Positions 35,601 to 44,947 of a stretch of DNA of 64,000 nucleotides are shown here, piece by piece. The notes beneath the pieces were generated by a model that had not been told where the DNA came from, did no database searches, and saw nothing but the letters and a program-made list of their open reading frames with translations. Both the position numbers and the translations under genes were made by a program. The first letter of the stretch is position 1, and every line of letters begins with the position of its first letter. The stretch comes from Strigamia acuminata. Taxonomy: Eukaryota. The stretch spans positions 26,350,001 to 26,414,000 of the forward strand of contig OX442314.1 in the NCBI GenBank assembly GCA_949358305.1. Reading direction: 5' to 3'.

Positions 35601-37402
35601 GGTTAATTGGAGAATTGATTGCGGAGCCCGTGTTGAAGATCTACGATAACACACGACCGTGCGAGGTGCATACGGACGCATCACAAGACGGGATCGGAGC
35701 AGTGTTGATGCAGCGAGGCGAAGGAAACGATCTGCACCCGATTATCTACGCGAGTAGAACGACGACCGAATGCGAGAAGCGATATCATTCAACGGAGCTC
35801 GAGTTGATGGCGGTAGTTTGGGCAGTATTGAAATTTCGGATGTATTTGTACGGCTCAGAGTTTACGGTGGTGACAGATTGCGAGGCGGTACGGTACGGGT
35901 TGAAGAAACGGGAGTTGACGCCACGAATCGGGAGATGGGTGTTGGCGCTTTCGGAATATAATTTCAAAGCAATACATCGACCAGGATTACTCATGGGCCA
36001 CGTCGACGCCCTGAGTAGGAACGCGGAACCAGCGAGCGGCGAGGAAACGGAGATGGAACGACGGTTCAAAGTTAACCAAATTAAATTTACAGAAGGCGAC
36101 TGGCTCGTGGCTGCGCAGGAAAGCGATCCCGAGTGTAAAGAGTTGAAGGACGCGCTGTTGATAGAAGATAAAAGTTTATTGAACGAACGAATGCAGCACA
36201 AGAGCCGAGGATACAGAATCAAGAAGGGACACGTTTATTTCGAATTGACGGCAAATGGACGGCGAAGGGATGTATTGTATTTGCCCAAGATGATGCGGAG
36301 ACAGATCACGAACGAAGTACATATTGGACACGCGCATCCAGGAGTCGACGCAACAATTGAGGCGATTCGGAAGAGGTTTTGGTTCCCCAGGATGCGAAGT
36401 TACGTAAAGGCAGCCGTAGGAACGTGTGTCGAGTGTTTGATGAGGAAGGAACCAGGAGGAAAACGGGCCGGCGAGTTGAATATTATCGAGAGACAAAGGG
36501 TGCCATTCCACACTGTTCACCTGGATCATGTGGGCCCCTTTCCGAAGAGCGGCATTGGATATCGACACATTCTGGTGGCGGTATGCAATTTTTCGAAATT
36601 GGTCTTTCTGATGCCAGTGAAATCAACGAACGCAACGACTACGTGCAAAGAGATTCGGAAGCTGTGTGCACGAATGTGGATCCCGACGCGGATTATTACA
36701 GATCGAGGAACTGCGTTCACCAACGCATTATTTGCAGAGATGTGCACGGAACTCGAGATTCGACACGTGCTGACTTCGACAGAAAATCCGAGAGCGAACG
36801 GACAAGTGGAAAGGATGAACCGAACGATAGTTCCAATGTTGGCGAGCCAAACGACGAAGGACGACGGGAGCGATTGGAGCAAAGGGATTGACAAGGTTGA
36901 AATCGCGATCAACTCAAGAATCAACCAATCGACCAAGAAAACACCATTGGAGGTGTTGTATGGATTCCAGCCGAGGACGATCATCGAGCCAAGATTATCA
37001 GCGATAGTAGTCGAGGAAAACGATGAAAACGAGACGGAAATCGAGGACGTAAGGAACGAAGCGTACGAAACACTTACAGAAAACCAGATCAAGCAGAAAA
37101 AGGCGTTCGATAGACATCGAGGACCAAGTCGGACATACGAGGTCGGAGATGTGGTCGTCGTACGAAGGAAAGCGATCGCAATACAAGGCAAAGCGGGAAA
37201 ACTCAGTAATCTGTACCGGGGACCTTTGCGAGTAAGTCGGCGGATTTCGAGCACGGTGTACGAGGTTACGAGTCTTGAAAACCCGCCTCGATACAAAACG
37301 ACCGCACCAATCGACCAGATGAAGAAGTGGACATTCGAGGACGACGCAGCATCGGGAGCCGAAGACGAGTTAACAGGTGTCGGCGGGGGCGCCGACATTT
37401 AG
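32684..37402 (+). CDS. Gag-Pol polyprotein, 1572 aa
   Basis: Three CCHC knuckles (CYKCGEKGHRKEDC etc.), protease IDTQS, RT YMDD, RNase H HTDAS/TELE, integrase HHCC plus HLD..TDRG..VER, GPY/F-like YRGPL. Uninterrupted. Confidence 0.97.
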   Translation: MAEIKAVVEKIERGEFPSGVEWEMLRVKDLKPLLAERNIASPRIKCKMLTALRAAVATELGIVDEEDDEEEEEKDEEKVEDNDPEIEENPPVQAMTNGGFSADQVQEMMKQMMATMLAMQTKPEAPKEPKEVKNAPKLPRFSGNQNELRTTTQWLADVHEYAKEYKWTNATKVTTAAAALDGPARVWHENSGTTIRKFDAWEAELKKNFPDQRLTYDEKERLIRAPQKNDETAETYLRRKWATCEKLGMTIGDAQEYLLDGLKLKTATAPMYFLQYQHITEIVRTMRSVEARTKVAIVETKVKTSTAKPTGNAMIKCYKCGEKGHRKEDCPNELKCFKCHESGHLSNACPNGTKCFNCSGFGHMANTCPEPKKERKQPSKDKLDVKTKKIYKIEAEEMQPEFETMMWVDGKKCSAGIDTQSAVCLISKTFAKRTKIEEPDYEFVIEGFNQDASRYRGRTRCDVESANVKLADVEFYVVDDARMPTEVWIGKPFLKHPTITMQSDGGYVTFRPREGMQDEAGITRIKPKITAAKPRALVIDENKVVPAHSISLVTVRAKNQSDGLFYVENERAVTDRLEVPEGLIEVKNERAIMPIINDGPEEVRVTRGRKLGHVEITEEEPSLHQVQVKKVATTEASPRMRITADEINLGKSVTPEETEIVLTMINDEFRDCFATSLEEVGCFPDLKMEIEVTTTRPTNLRRYQYSAAQQKEIDKMVAELEGAGFVTRSKSPFNSPIVMVRKKTGEWRICIDFRSLNEITVKEHFPCPRMDELLDGTHEWRVFLVFDLASGYYQIELTAGAQEKTAFSTMNGKYQFVRMPFGLINAPFVFNRVMELAFGHLPYEVLRRYMDDLLSGAKTNAELIEKMRKILIEVRRSKLTLKLSKCHFLCEEVQFLGLRLTKDGLRPGFEKTSAIKNFAKPKDVRGVRSFLGLCGYFRRFIAGYATKTRALTKLTRKNETFVWTTECEAAFQGLIGELIAEPVLKIYDNTRPCEVHTDASQDGIGAVLMQRGEGNDLHPIIYASRTTTECEKRYHSTELELMAVVWAVLKFRMYLYGSEFTVVTDCEAVRYGLKKRELTPRIGRWVLALSEYNFKAIHRPGLLMGHVDALSRNAEPASGEETEMERRFKVNQIKFTEGDWLVAAQESDPECKELKDALLIEDKSLLNERMQHKSRGYRIKKGHVYFELTANGRRRDVLYLPKMMRRQITNEVHIGHAHPGVDATIEAIRKRFWFPRMRSYVKAAVGTCVECLMRKEPGGKRAGELNIIERQRVPFHTVHLDHVGPFPKSGIGYRHILVAVCNFSKLVFLMPVKSTNATTTCKEIRKLCARMWIPTRIITDRGTAFTNALFAEMCTELEIRHVLTSTENPRANGQVERMNRTIVPMLASQTTKDDGSDWSKGIDKVEIAINSRINQSTKKTPLEVLYGFQPRTIIEPRLSAIVVEENDENETEIEDVRNEAYETLTENQIKQKKAFDRHRGPSRTYEVGDVVVVRRKAIAIQGKAGKLSNLYRGPLRVSRRISSTVYEVTSLENPPRYKTTAPIDQMKKWTFEDDAASGAEDELTGVGGGADI

Positions 37403-37415
37403 TCGGATGACCGAG

Positions 37416-37678
37416 TGTGGAGTTTTGGGGTTTCGACAGGCGACAACGGTCGCCAGAGGGCGGGCGGACATACGCGAATATGTCCGATAGACGTTTTGGG
37501 GGTAGACAGCCAATTGGGGGCTGTTCCTTGTGGTCAGCCAATCAGGGCTGACCAGTCTCATATTTAAATGTAATAATTTGTAATAAAGATCACTTTGAAC
37601 TTAACAAGCTAGTGTGTGCGTCGCGGACCAGCGGGTCCGCCATTTTGTTTATTTGGAGTCAGCTTTAATAAGTTTACA
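37416..37678 (+). repeat. 3' LTR
   Basis: Identical to 32232-32494 by reading. Confidence 0.97.
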
Positions 37679-37702
37679 ATAATATTACCTTTTCTTTACT
37701 CG

Positions 37703-37920
37703 TCAGTCGTCATCCACCTCCATTCCTTGATCATCATTGATTGCAGCCAGTACAGCATTGGTAAAATTATATGCTTCGCCGTTTTCTTTTGTCTGTAAAA
37801 AGAAAAAATTAATATAAGTTCTTTTTTTTATTACAAATTTTATATTTACGTCAAACGGTATGACGCATGGACATTGTCCAGCAGGTGTTGTTGGTGTTGC
37901 AGATGAAATTGCTTTTTTAA
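37703..37920 (-). CDS. Possible last two coding exons of an unidentified gene
   Basis: 57-nt GTAAAT...TTTTTACAG intron at 37793-37849 joins ..TPAGQCPCVIPFD to TKENGEAYNF..MEVDDD* in frame. No recognised homology. Confidence 0.3.
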
Positions 37921-39082
37921 ATGAAAATTGCGACCAAACTTGGACCAAATAAAACTATTACACATAAGTAGGCAAGTTGTCTAACTTTATCCTTATTCTA
38001 ATGAGTTTACACAAACACTAAGCAATATTATTATGCTGACAGGACTTTGAGGTATTTACATCAGTTGTAATTACCTTGGATTACCTCACAAAACATAAAG
38101 CGTTGGTTTGTGTGGATTAACTAACGATAAACGCGCCAAGATGGCTTCCCAAGCCATCAAAGGTGGGTTCATACTCTCATTCCACGAGCAGGAGCAACAC
38201 GGTCTTCAATACAGGTGATTACACTTGTGGTCCTTTGGACACTGGACATGAGGGTCCCGTCACAAATAACCCCTTCTGATCACTATTCCATGGCCAGATC
38301 AGAAAGGCAATATTAATGGTGGAAGAACAACAGCAACTCCACGTTGCTCAACAAGGTGAGCAAATTGTACCATGGAGGGAAGAAGTTGTACAGGAGCCAG
38401 TATACTTAGACACCCTTGTACTCGGAATAGACGGCGAACGCTGGAAGGTGTGTGAGACGGGAAAGGTAAATTAGCCGCCGCATGAAAGGCCAGAACGCTG
38501 GTTAACCACCTTTCACTAAAAGATGGCGCACTCATGACTAGCGAACCAGTCAAGAGTATTTATACCAGTCTACCGGAAGTATCAGCAAGGTACAGTCACG
38601 GCCAGTATACTTAGGATCCGTGAGTGTGTAATGAAAAAGTGTCAAAGAATGGTCGTGGACCAGGCCAGAGCACTATACACCACGTCACCAATAAGATATA
38701 AAAAGGAATGGGTTTTACCTTGGGCGGGAAATTCTCGTAACATCTTCAGGGTAGAAACGTCTCGACGGAGGCAACGAAACCTGTCTTCACCTCCATCGCC
38801 AACTGACTCTACGTGGACCTAAACCAGGCATAGCGAGAGTCTTTACGATTAGAGCCAGTAATTGAATACCATCTAGCTCTTGTGTCGTTGCACGCAGAGC
38901 AACCAGCAAATGCAAAACTGTGCGTCAATGAAATTGAATGAAATTGACGCACAACATAATTGAATCAACCAAAAAGTTATCCAGCAACAAGTGTATAGTG
39001 TCAATAATCAGGGTACGCAAAACAGCCAAGAATAATCTAGTGCATGCCTTTAAATACCCTTAGGGCAGGCAACTAAAAGCAC

Positions 39083-39113
39083 TAGGTTAGGTTAGGTTAG
39101 GTTAGGTTAGGTT
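39083..39113 (+). repeat. Short interstitial (TTAGG)5 tract
   Basis: TAGG(TTAGG)5TT read directly; TTAGG is the common arthropod telomere motif. Confidence 0.85.
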
Positions 39114-39659
39114 CAACATTTCAGTAAAAAATGGTGGTGTAAATTGTAATCGCCCTAGATTAGGAGCAAAATTAAAATGGGTAAAAATAATTGTATGACG
39201 GCCAATTTCATCCCAAGAATCCCATTGAGTGACATTGAATCAAAACCACAAGCCGAAATTGAAACACTATTGGAGGTTCGTAAATATTTCCTTCAATTAC
39301 TTTTCAGAATGTTCATGTACTAGTAATACATGTGTTTTAATTCCCGAGTTTTAGCACCATATGCTACGGATGCAACTCGAATTTGTTTTTGGAAATAGTT
39401 GAAATTACTTTTAGAAGTCGATGTAACTGGATTTAAACTGATTGAGAACGATGAAAGAAAGAAGCACGCCTACACATAGGATTGTACGGTATGAGAACAG
39501 TGAATATTTTATTGTTAAGCAGAAATAATCAAAAGTGATCAAACAGCTTACCCAATATTGACAACTATGCAAAAAGCCATAAGATTACGTTGCGCATGCG
39601 TTACGAGAAGAACTGGTACAGCTATAAGTAGAACAAACGTTCCAAATGCGTAACAGTTA

Positions 39660-39699
39660 CACGTTGAGCTTACGTGCACGTTGAGAAAACATATATAAA
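39660..39699 (+). promoter_or_regulatory. Putative TFIIE-beta promoter
   Basis: CACGTTG-AGC-TTACGTG (39660-39676), a second CACGTTG (39677), TATATAAA (39692-39699), ~75 nt before the ATG; TGCGCATGCG further upstream near 39591. Confidence 0.6.
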
Positions 39700-39770
39700 T
39701 GAGAGAGATGGCTACAAGTCTCATAGAAACAACTGAAGTTGATTGAAACACTGCTTCTACTCCTAGCAAA

Positions 39771-40589
39771 ATGGATCCGGCCTTATTGAAAGAACGAGAA
39801 ATGTTTAAGAAACGAGCAATGGCAAATCCAGTCGTTGGGAAGAAGAAAAGAATTGCTGCGCCTTCTCAAAGCAAACCGAAATGCGTCAAGACACCGGCAG
39901 CATCTTCATCAATCCAAGCCACTTCGCAATTCAAGTCTGGGGTTTTGGCTAGAGTCGTTAGACACATGAAAGAACGCCATCTTGCTAGGAGCTACGATCC
40001 ACTTTCGTTGGATGAAATCCTGATTGAAACGAATCAGTCGGAGCTGAGTTCGAACATGAAGCACTGGCTGGCCACCGAAGCGTTGACGAGCAATCCGAAG
40101 ATAGATTTCTCTCCGTCGGGAGGAACTTACGTGTACAAACCGCCTTTTGATGTGAAGAACAGCAAAGGGCTGTTGAAGCTGTTGCAGAGTTACGACGAGA
40201 AAGGTTTGGGGGGAATATTTTTGGAGGAAATTCAGGAGTCGATGTCGAATGCCGAGAAATGCGTGAAATTACTCGGGGATCAAGTTATCACGATGACGCG
40301 TCCTGTGGATAAGAAGAAGGTTTTGTATTATAACGACACGAGTTGTGCGTTTGAGGTGGAAGAGGAGTTGAAACAGTTGTGGGGAAGTGTGTCTGTTGCG
40401 GATTTAACTGAAGAGAGAGTTGAGAAATATTTGGAAGGAAAAGGTCTGGCGTCACTGCAGGGGAGTGCTCCGAAGAAACATCTGGCGGTGTTGAAGAGAA
40501 AGAAAAAGCAGAAAACAAACAAAAATGTGAAGAGGTTGAATGACCACTTGGGTGACTTATTGCAAGACTATTCAAATAAAAATTTTTAA
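39771..40589 (+). CDS. GTF2E2: General transcription factor IIE subunit beta, intronless, 272 aa
   Basis: N-terminus MDPALLKEREMFKKRA, winged-helix motifs (PLSLDEIL, WLATEALTSNPKI, GLGGIFLEEIQES, RPVDKKKVLYYND) and basic C-terminus with NDHL..LLQDYS, as in metazoan TFIIE-beta. Confidence 0.95.
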   Translation: MDPALLKEREMFKKRAMANPVVGKKKRIAAPSQSKPKCVKTPAASSSIQATSQFKSGVLARVVRHMKERHLARSYDPLSLDEILIETNQSELSSNMKHWLATEALTSNPKIDFSPSGGTYVYKPPFDVKNSKGLLKLLQSYDEKGLGGIFLEEIQESMSNAEKCVKLLGDQVITMTRPVDKKKVLYYNDTSCAFEVEEELKQLWGSVSVADLTEERVEKYLEGKGLASLQGSAPKKHLAVLKRKKKQKTNKNVKRLNDHLGDLLQDYSNKNF

Positions 40590-41342
40590 TTTCTTATTTA
40601 TTGTGTTTATCCTTTATCGGCAATTTTTAAACCAACGTTCTTATTTATTTATTATTCGTAGTCAGTTTATTTACTAATTAAGTATTAAATTTAACCCTCA
40701 AACAATTAATAATCTTTTTATATGTAAGACTGCATTTGATTAGTTCACTAGGTCTTTACAACCATTTACAAAATTATTCTTCAAATATTTTTAACAATTT
40801 TATATAAATTCAGCTATAATTAATAAATAACTCAAAATCAAGATCAAAAATACTTAATATCATTATAAAATTCAACATTTAAATTATGTAGCACTCGCTT
40901 CAAAAATCATGCAATTAAATATTCATCAACACTAGAATCTTTATTATTATTACCGAGTCATCCTCAATTGACGGGCGCCATTTTGGAAGGTTTCGTCATA
41001 TCGCTCACGTTTTAACCCCTACGTGTTTTTATTTCCTGATTAAATTAAACGGGGTAATAATCCTACATTATTCTAGGAATTAATAGCTATTTTTACTGCG
41101 TGAAAATTGTATTTCTCTTCGTTGTGTTTGTATAAGTTATTAGTTGCTGTTATCTGTCACTTGGGTCCTGATTTGCACTGACTCTACTGTAGCAAGAGTT
41201 TGTTCTCGTTGAATAAATAAGTTCTGTTTATTTATCAATAAACGTTAAGTTCGAGTCATGGAGATGATTTGTATTTTGTGACAAAATTATAGAAACAAAA
41301 GATCAACGTTTATTCTAATGTTTGTTTTTATAAATTTAAATT

Positions 41343-42052
41343 TCAAACTACGGAATTAAAAATCGTATTACGAGTAACCAGTTTCCGTATTTCTTGATAG
41401 CAATCGTTTATTAGAGCAGTATCTGTTTCAGAAAGACGTCCATCGGAAGTTTGTTCTTCTAAAATCAAATAAACATTTCACAGAAATAAGTTACGAAGTG
41501 TGGAAAGCCCAACATAATAATTTACCTACAAGTATAAATGGAATAATAGTTTCACGTTGAAACATTTTTTCTATATTCTCCATAACTTTGTCCTCGCGTT
41601 CTGAGCACAATTCGAGTGAATCCGTTAACCTTTGCTTGAGCGAAGTCTCACCAGTCATAGAGTTAACTAATTCGAAATATGTTGCCTGTAATTTTGCAAA
41701 TGAATTTTTTAAATTCTAAAACTGATAAAATGGCGGATAAAATACGTACGGATTGAAAAAACATCGTGAGCAAATGTCGTTCTATAAATAATTAAAAATG
41801 ACAACTTTTGTCAAGTATCACGAATGAATCAATCATAGCTATAGTGTAATTACCGTTCGGTGAAAAACGCCACCAAAACAAACACATGCAGATCGGGCTG
41901 ACTGTGACTACAATTTTTTTTTTTTTTTTTTTTTTAATTGAGTTTTGTTTAAAATATTTCTTTGAAACAAACTTACCCCTCTGCCTTCAAGTTTCTTGAT
42001 GAAATAAGCGCAGAGAGCCTGTCTTAAATTATAACCGGAATATATACCTCGA
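41343..42052 (-). CDS. Unidentified multi-exon gene, 3' portion, missed by the ORF track
   Basis: Hand-spliced exons 42052-41977, 41907-41854, 41781-41746, 41685-41526, 41458-41343 with GT-AG introns of 69, 72, 60 and 67 nt give one open frame ending in TGA. Confidence 0.6.
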
Positions 42053-42632
42053 CTTTGTAAGAGAGAAAATAAAACATTCAATAGAGCTCATTTGAAATTA
42101 ATTAATAAAACTAATAAAATTAATCAAGTCCATTAAAAAATAATATCACTTCTATATTATTGTATATATATATATAATATATAATTATATTTATAATTAT
42201 ATTATATTCCCTAACTGCTCATATATTTTGTTTTTATATTTTAATGTGAAAAATTGACTTATTTGCATTTTTTGGCACTGATACAGCAGTCAGTGCCGAC
42301 AGCAGCGCATTCTGGCAGCGATTTAAGAAAGCTACAGAAAATCAATTTTCCAAAAAAAAACGTATTAGGTAATTTCTTTATTTACTTGTGTTATGGGATT
42401 GGCTGCGATTACAAAAATTTATGCGTGATAATTTAATCGATTGATAAACCGATAAACAAAGATTTCGAATTATAACTAAACATTTTAGGAATTTGCTGGG
42501 GATTTGAAAATTTCATTGAAGATTTTGCTCGATTTTACTACAACTTCCAAGACAATTTGTGAGATTTCTGGAATTTCTTCACATTTCTGAGACTTCATGA
42601 CACTTCATGGATTTCGCAATCAGTACTCACTA

Positions 42633-42731
42633 CCAATACCAAATGACCAATCACGGATCACTAGCTTCGACCAATAGGCGATTGCGACGTCATGCGTACG
42701 TTTCCCCGGAAATTGACGCGCTTTAAATAAA
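42633..42731 (+). promoter_or_regulatory. Putative cactin promoter, possibly bidirectional
   Basis: CCAAT at 42633, 42647 and 42671, GACGTCA 42686, CCGGAA 42706, TTTAAATAAA 42722. Confidence 0.5.
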
Positions 42732-42777
42732 AGTTAACACTACCCAACACCATTCCAACCAAACTCTGCCGTCCAAC

Positions 42778-44428
42778 ATGAACGCCGAGAAAGAAAACCG
42801 CCGCGAAGGTCGCAGCCGTCACACGAAAAAGAAGCGCGAGGCGAAGAAACGCGTAACACATTTCTCCGATCCATCCGACTCATCCGCTTCCGGATCCTCC
42901 CCGAAACAAAATCGTCGCAAAAAGCATTCGCGACCCCGCACTCCGTCAACCTCGCCCGAACGAGCCGCGAAAACCGCGCCGCTCGCCGCCGACAAGAAAA
43001 CGCAAAAAGATTTAATGAAATCAATGGAAACGGCCGAGGAGAAACGGTCGCGGCGAATCCTGAAGAAAGAGGCGAAAGAAAAGCGACGGAAGCAGCGAAT
43101 GGGCTGGGACGAGGACTACCAGAGCTACACGAACGACGACAACCCGTTCGGCGACGCCAACCTGCACAAAACGTTCGTGTGGACGAAGAAACTCGAGAAG
43201 GAGGGCTTGACCAACATGCGCGCCGAAGCGGTCGAGGCGAGAAACAAAACGAAGCGGGAGGAAAACCGCGCCGAGCTGGCCAAGGTGAAGAAGGAGCGGC
43301 TGCAACGGGAAGACGAACGGGCGCGGAAGGACGAGGAATTGCAGCAATCGCTGCGGCTCAAGGACGCCGAGCAGTTCGAGAAGTGGGAGACCCGCGAAGA
43401 CGTTTTCCAGCTGGAGCAGGCGCGGTTGCGGTCGAAGATCCGCATCCAGGACGGGCGGGCCAAACCGATCGACTTGCTCGCCAAGTACGTCAACACCGAG
43501 GACGAGGAATTAAGCGTGGAGATGCACGAGCCGTACAAATACTTGAACGGACTCAACGTGGACGACTTGGAGGACCTACTCGTGGATATTAAGGTGTACA
43601 TCGAGCTCGAGGACGGGAAAAACTTGGAATATTGGACGGATGTCACGGTGATAGTCGAGGACGAGCTGGCGAAGCTGCGCAAAGTCAAGGAAGGGTGCGG
43701 GCGGAGAGAGGGCGTGCACGGCGCGGTTGGAGCGGACGTGGCGGCGATTTTCAAGCAGAAAACGCACGCGCAACTCGTGGTTATGAGCGAGCAAGTGACG
43801 CGCAAGATCCAGTGCGGCGAAGAGGGCGTCGACGTCGGCTATTGGGAGTCGCTGTCGTCGCAGCTGAAGGCGCACATCGCGCGGGCCAAGCTGGGCGATC
43901 GACACAGGACGAATCTGCGCACAAAGTTGGATCAACTCAGAAAAGAACAGGGAGTTGTGGAAGAAAAAACCGAACGGGAAACCGATTATTCGTCGGAGGA
44001 CGAGAAGGACGAGCCCGAAGTGCATTCGGAAGCGGAGGCGGACGACGGACGATACAGTCCCGAGTTGATTTTGGTCGATTCGCTCGAACGGGGCACGTAT
44101 GCGGTCGAGCCGAGCGAGGATGCGGAGAGACTGAGGTTGGCCCGTAAACGATTGGTTGGTGAAAGCGATGAAATTTGTTCGTTCGCTAGTAAGTTGGAGG
44201 ATGAAGAAGACGAGGCGTTGTTTTCGGTGGAGGCGGCCGTGAATCAGCAGTCGTACGTTTGGTCGGACAAGTATCGGCCTCGTAAGCCGAGGTATTACAA
44301 TCGGGTGCACACGGGTTTCGAGTGGAATAAGTACAATCAGACGCATTACGACATGGAGAATCCGCCGCCGAAAGTCGTGCAGGGATATAAGTTTAATATA
44401 TTTTATCCGGATTTGATCGATAAAAGTG
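42778..44428 (+). CDS. CACTIN: Splicing factor cactin, intronless over the visible 550 codons, 3' end lost in the gap
   Basis: YTNDDNPFGDANL..FVW, LEQARLRSKIRIQDGRAKPIDLLAKY, KYRPRKPRYYNRVHTGFEWNKYNQTHYD..NPPPKVVQGYKFNIFYPDLIDK. Confidence 0.96.
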
Positions 44429-44628
44429 NNNNNNNNNNNNNNNNNNNNNNNNNNNNNNNNNNNNNNNNNNNNNNNNNNNNNNNNNNNNNNNNNNNNNNNN
44501 NNNNNNNNNNNNNNNNNNNNNNNNNNNNNNNNNNNNNNNNNNNNNNNNNNNNNNNNNNNNNNNNNNNNNNNNNNNNNNNNNNNNNNNNNNNNNNNNNNNN
44601 NNNNNNNNNNNNNNNNNNNNNNNNNNNN
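44429..44628. other. Assembly gap, exactly 200 N
   Basis: Run of N; the round size suggests a scaffolding placeholder of unknown true length. Confidence 0.99.
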
Positions 44629-44947
44629 TTGGTTTTTGTTTCCAATAAGGAGTCAAAGCCTTATTATCCATTCCAGACATCCCAAGAGCGGGAGAGTTTA
44701 TTTCGGACGTCGGTCTAAATTCAATGTTGACTTTGTACGGGCCAGATAAGTAATATTGTATTCTTTCAAATGTTTGATAGCAGCAGATGGCAAAGCAAAT
44801 CGGAACAACAACCAACCACAGTATACGAATTGGAAGAGATTTCTGTTTGACTAATATCTTATCCAATACCGGTAAAGATCTATTCTCAGTTGACGTTGCA
44901 ATTTCTGCTTGGCACAAACGTCTGATGCGAGATTTAGAAATTTTCAT
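44629..44947 (-). CDS. Divergent DEG/ENaC (pickpocket/ASIC-like) channel, N-terminal exon, cut by the gap
   Basis: RILW followed by hydrophobic TM1, then YYLSGPYKVNIEF..INSPAL matching the Y-x3-P...FPAV pattern after TM1. Confidence 0.7.

Larger units (their letters stand above)
32232..37678 (+). mobile_element. Full-length Ty3/gypsy LTR retrotransposon, Micropia/mdg3-like
   Basis: Identical 263-bp TG..CA LTRs, 4-bp TSD ATAA (32228-32231 / 37679-37682), PBS TCAGAAGTGGGA, single gag-pol ORF in PR-RT-RH-IN order, GTCGGATGACCGAG in place of a classical PPT. Confidence 0.97.

Noticed and set aside
36526..37398. 290-aa and other antisense ORFs within gag-pol and cactin
   Set aside because: Shadow frames expected from biased codon usage on the coding strand.
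38150..38900. Possible decayed coding or transposon fragment
   Set aside because: GC is slightly raised, but no frame gave a motif I could recognise.
44393..44749. ORFs reading through the N run, including the 646-aa cactin C-terminus
   Set aside because: Artefacts of translating across a placeholder gap.
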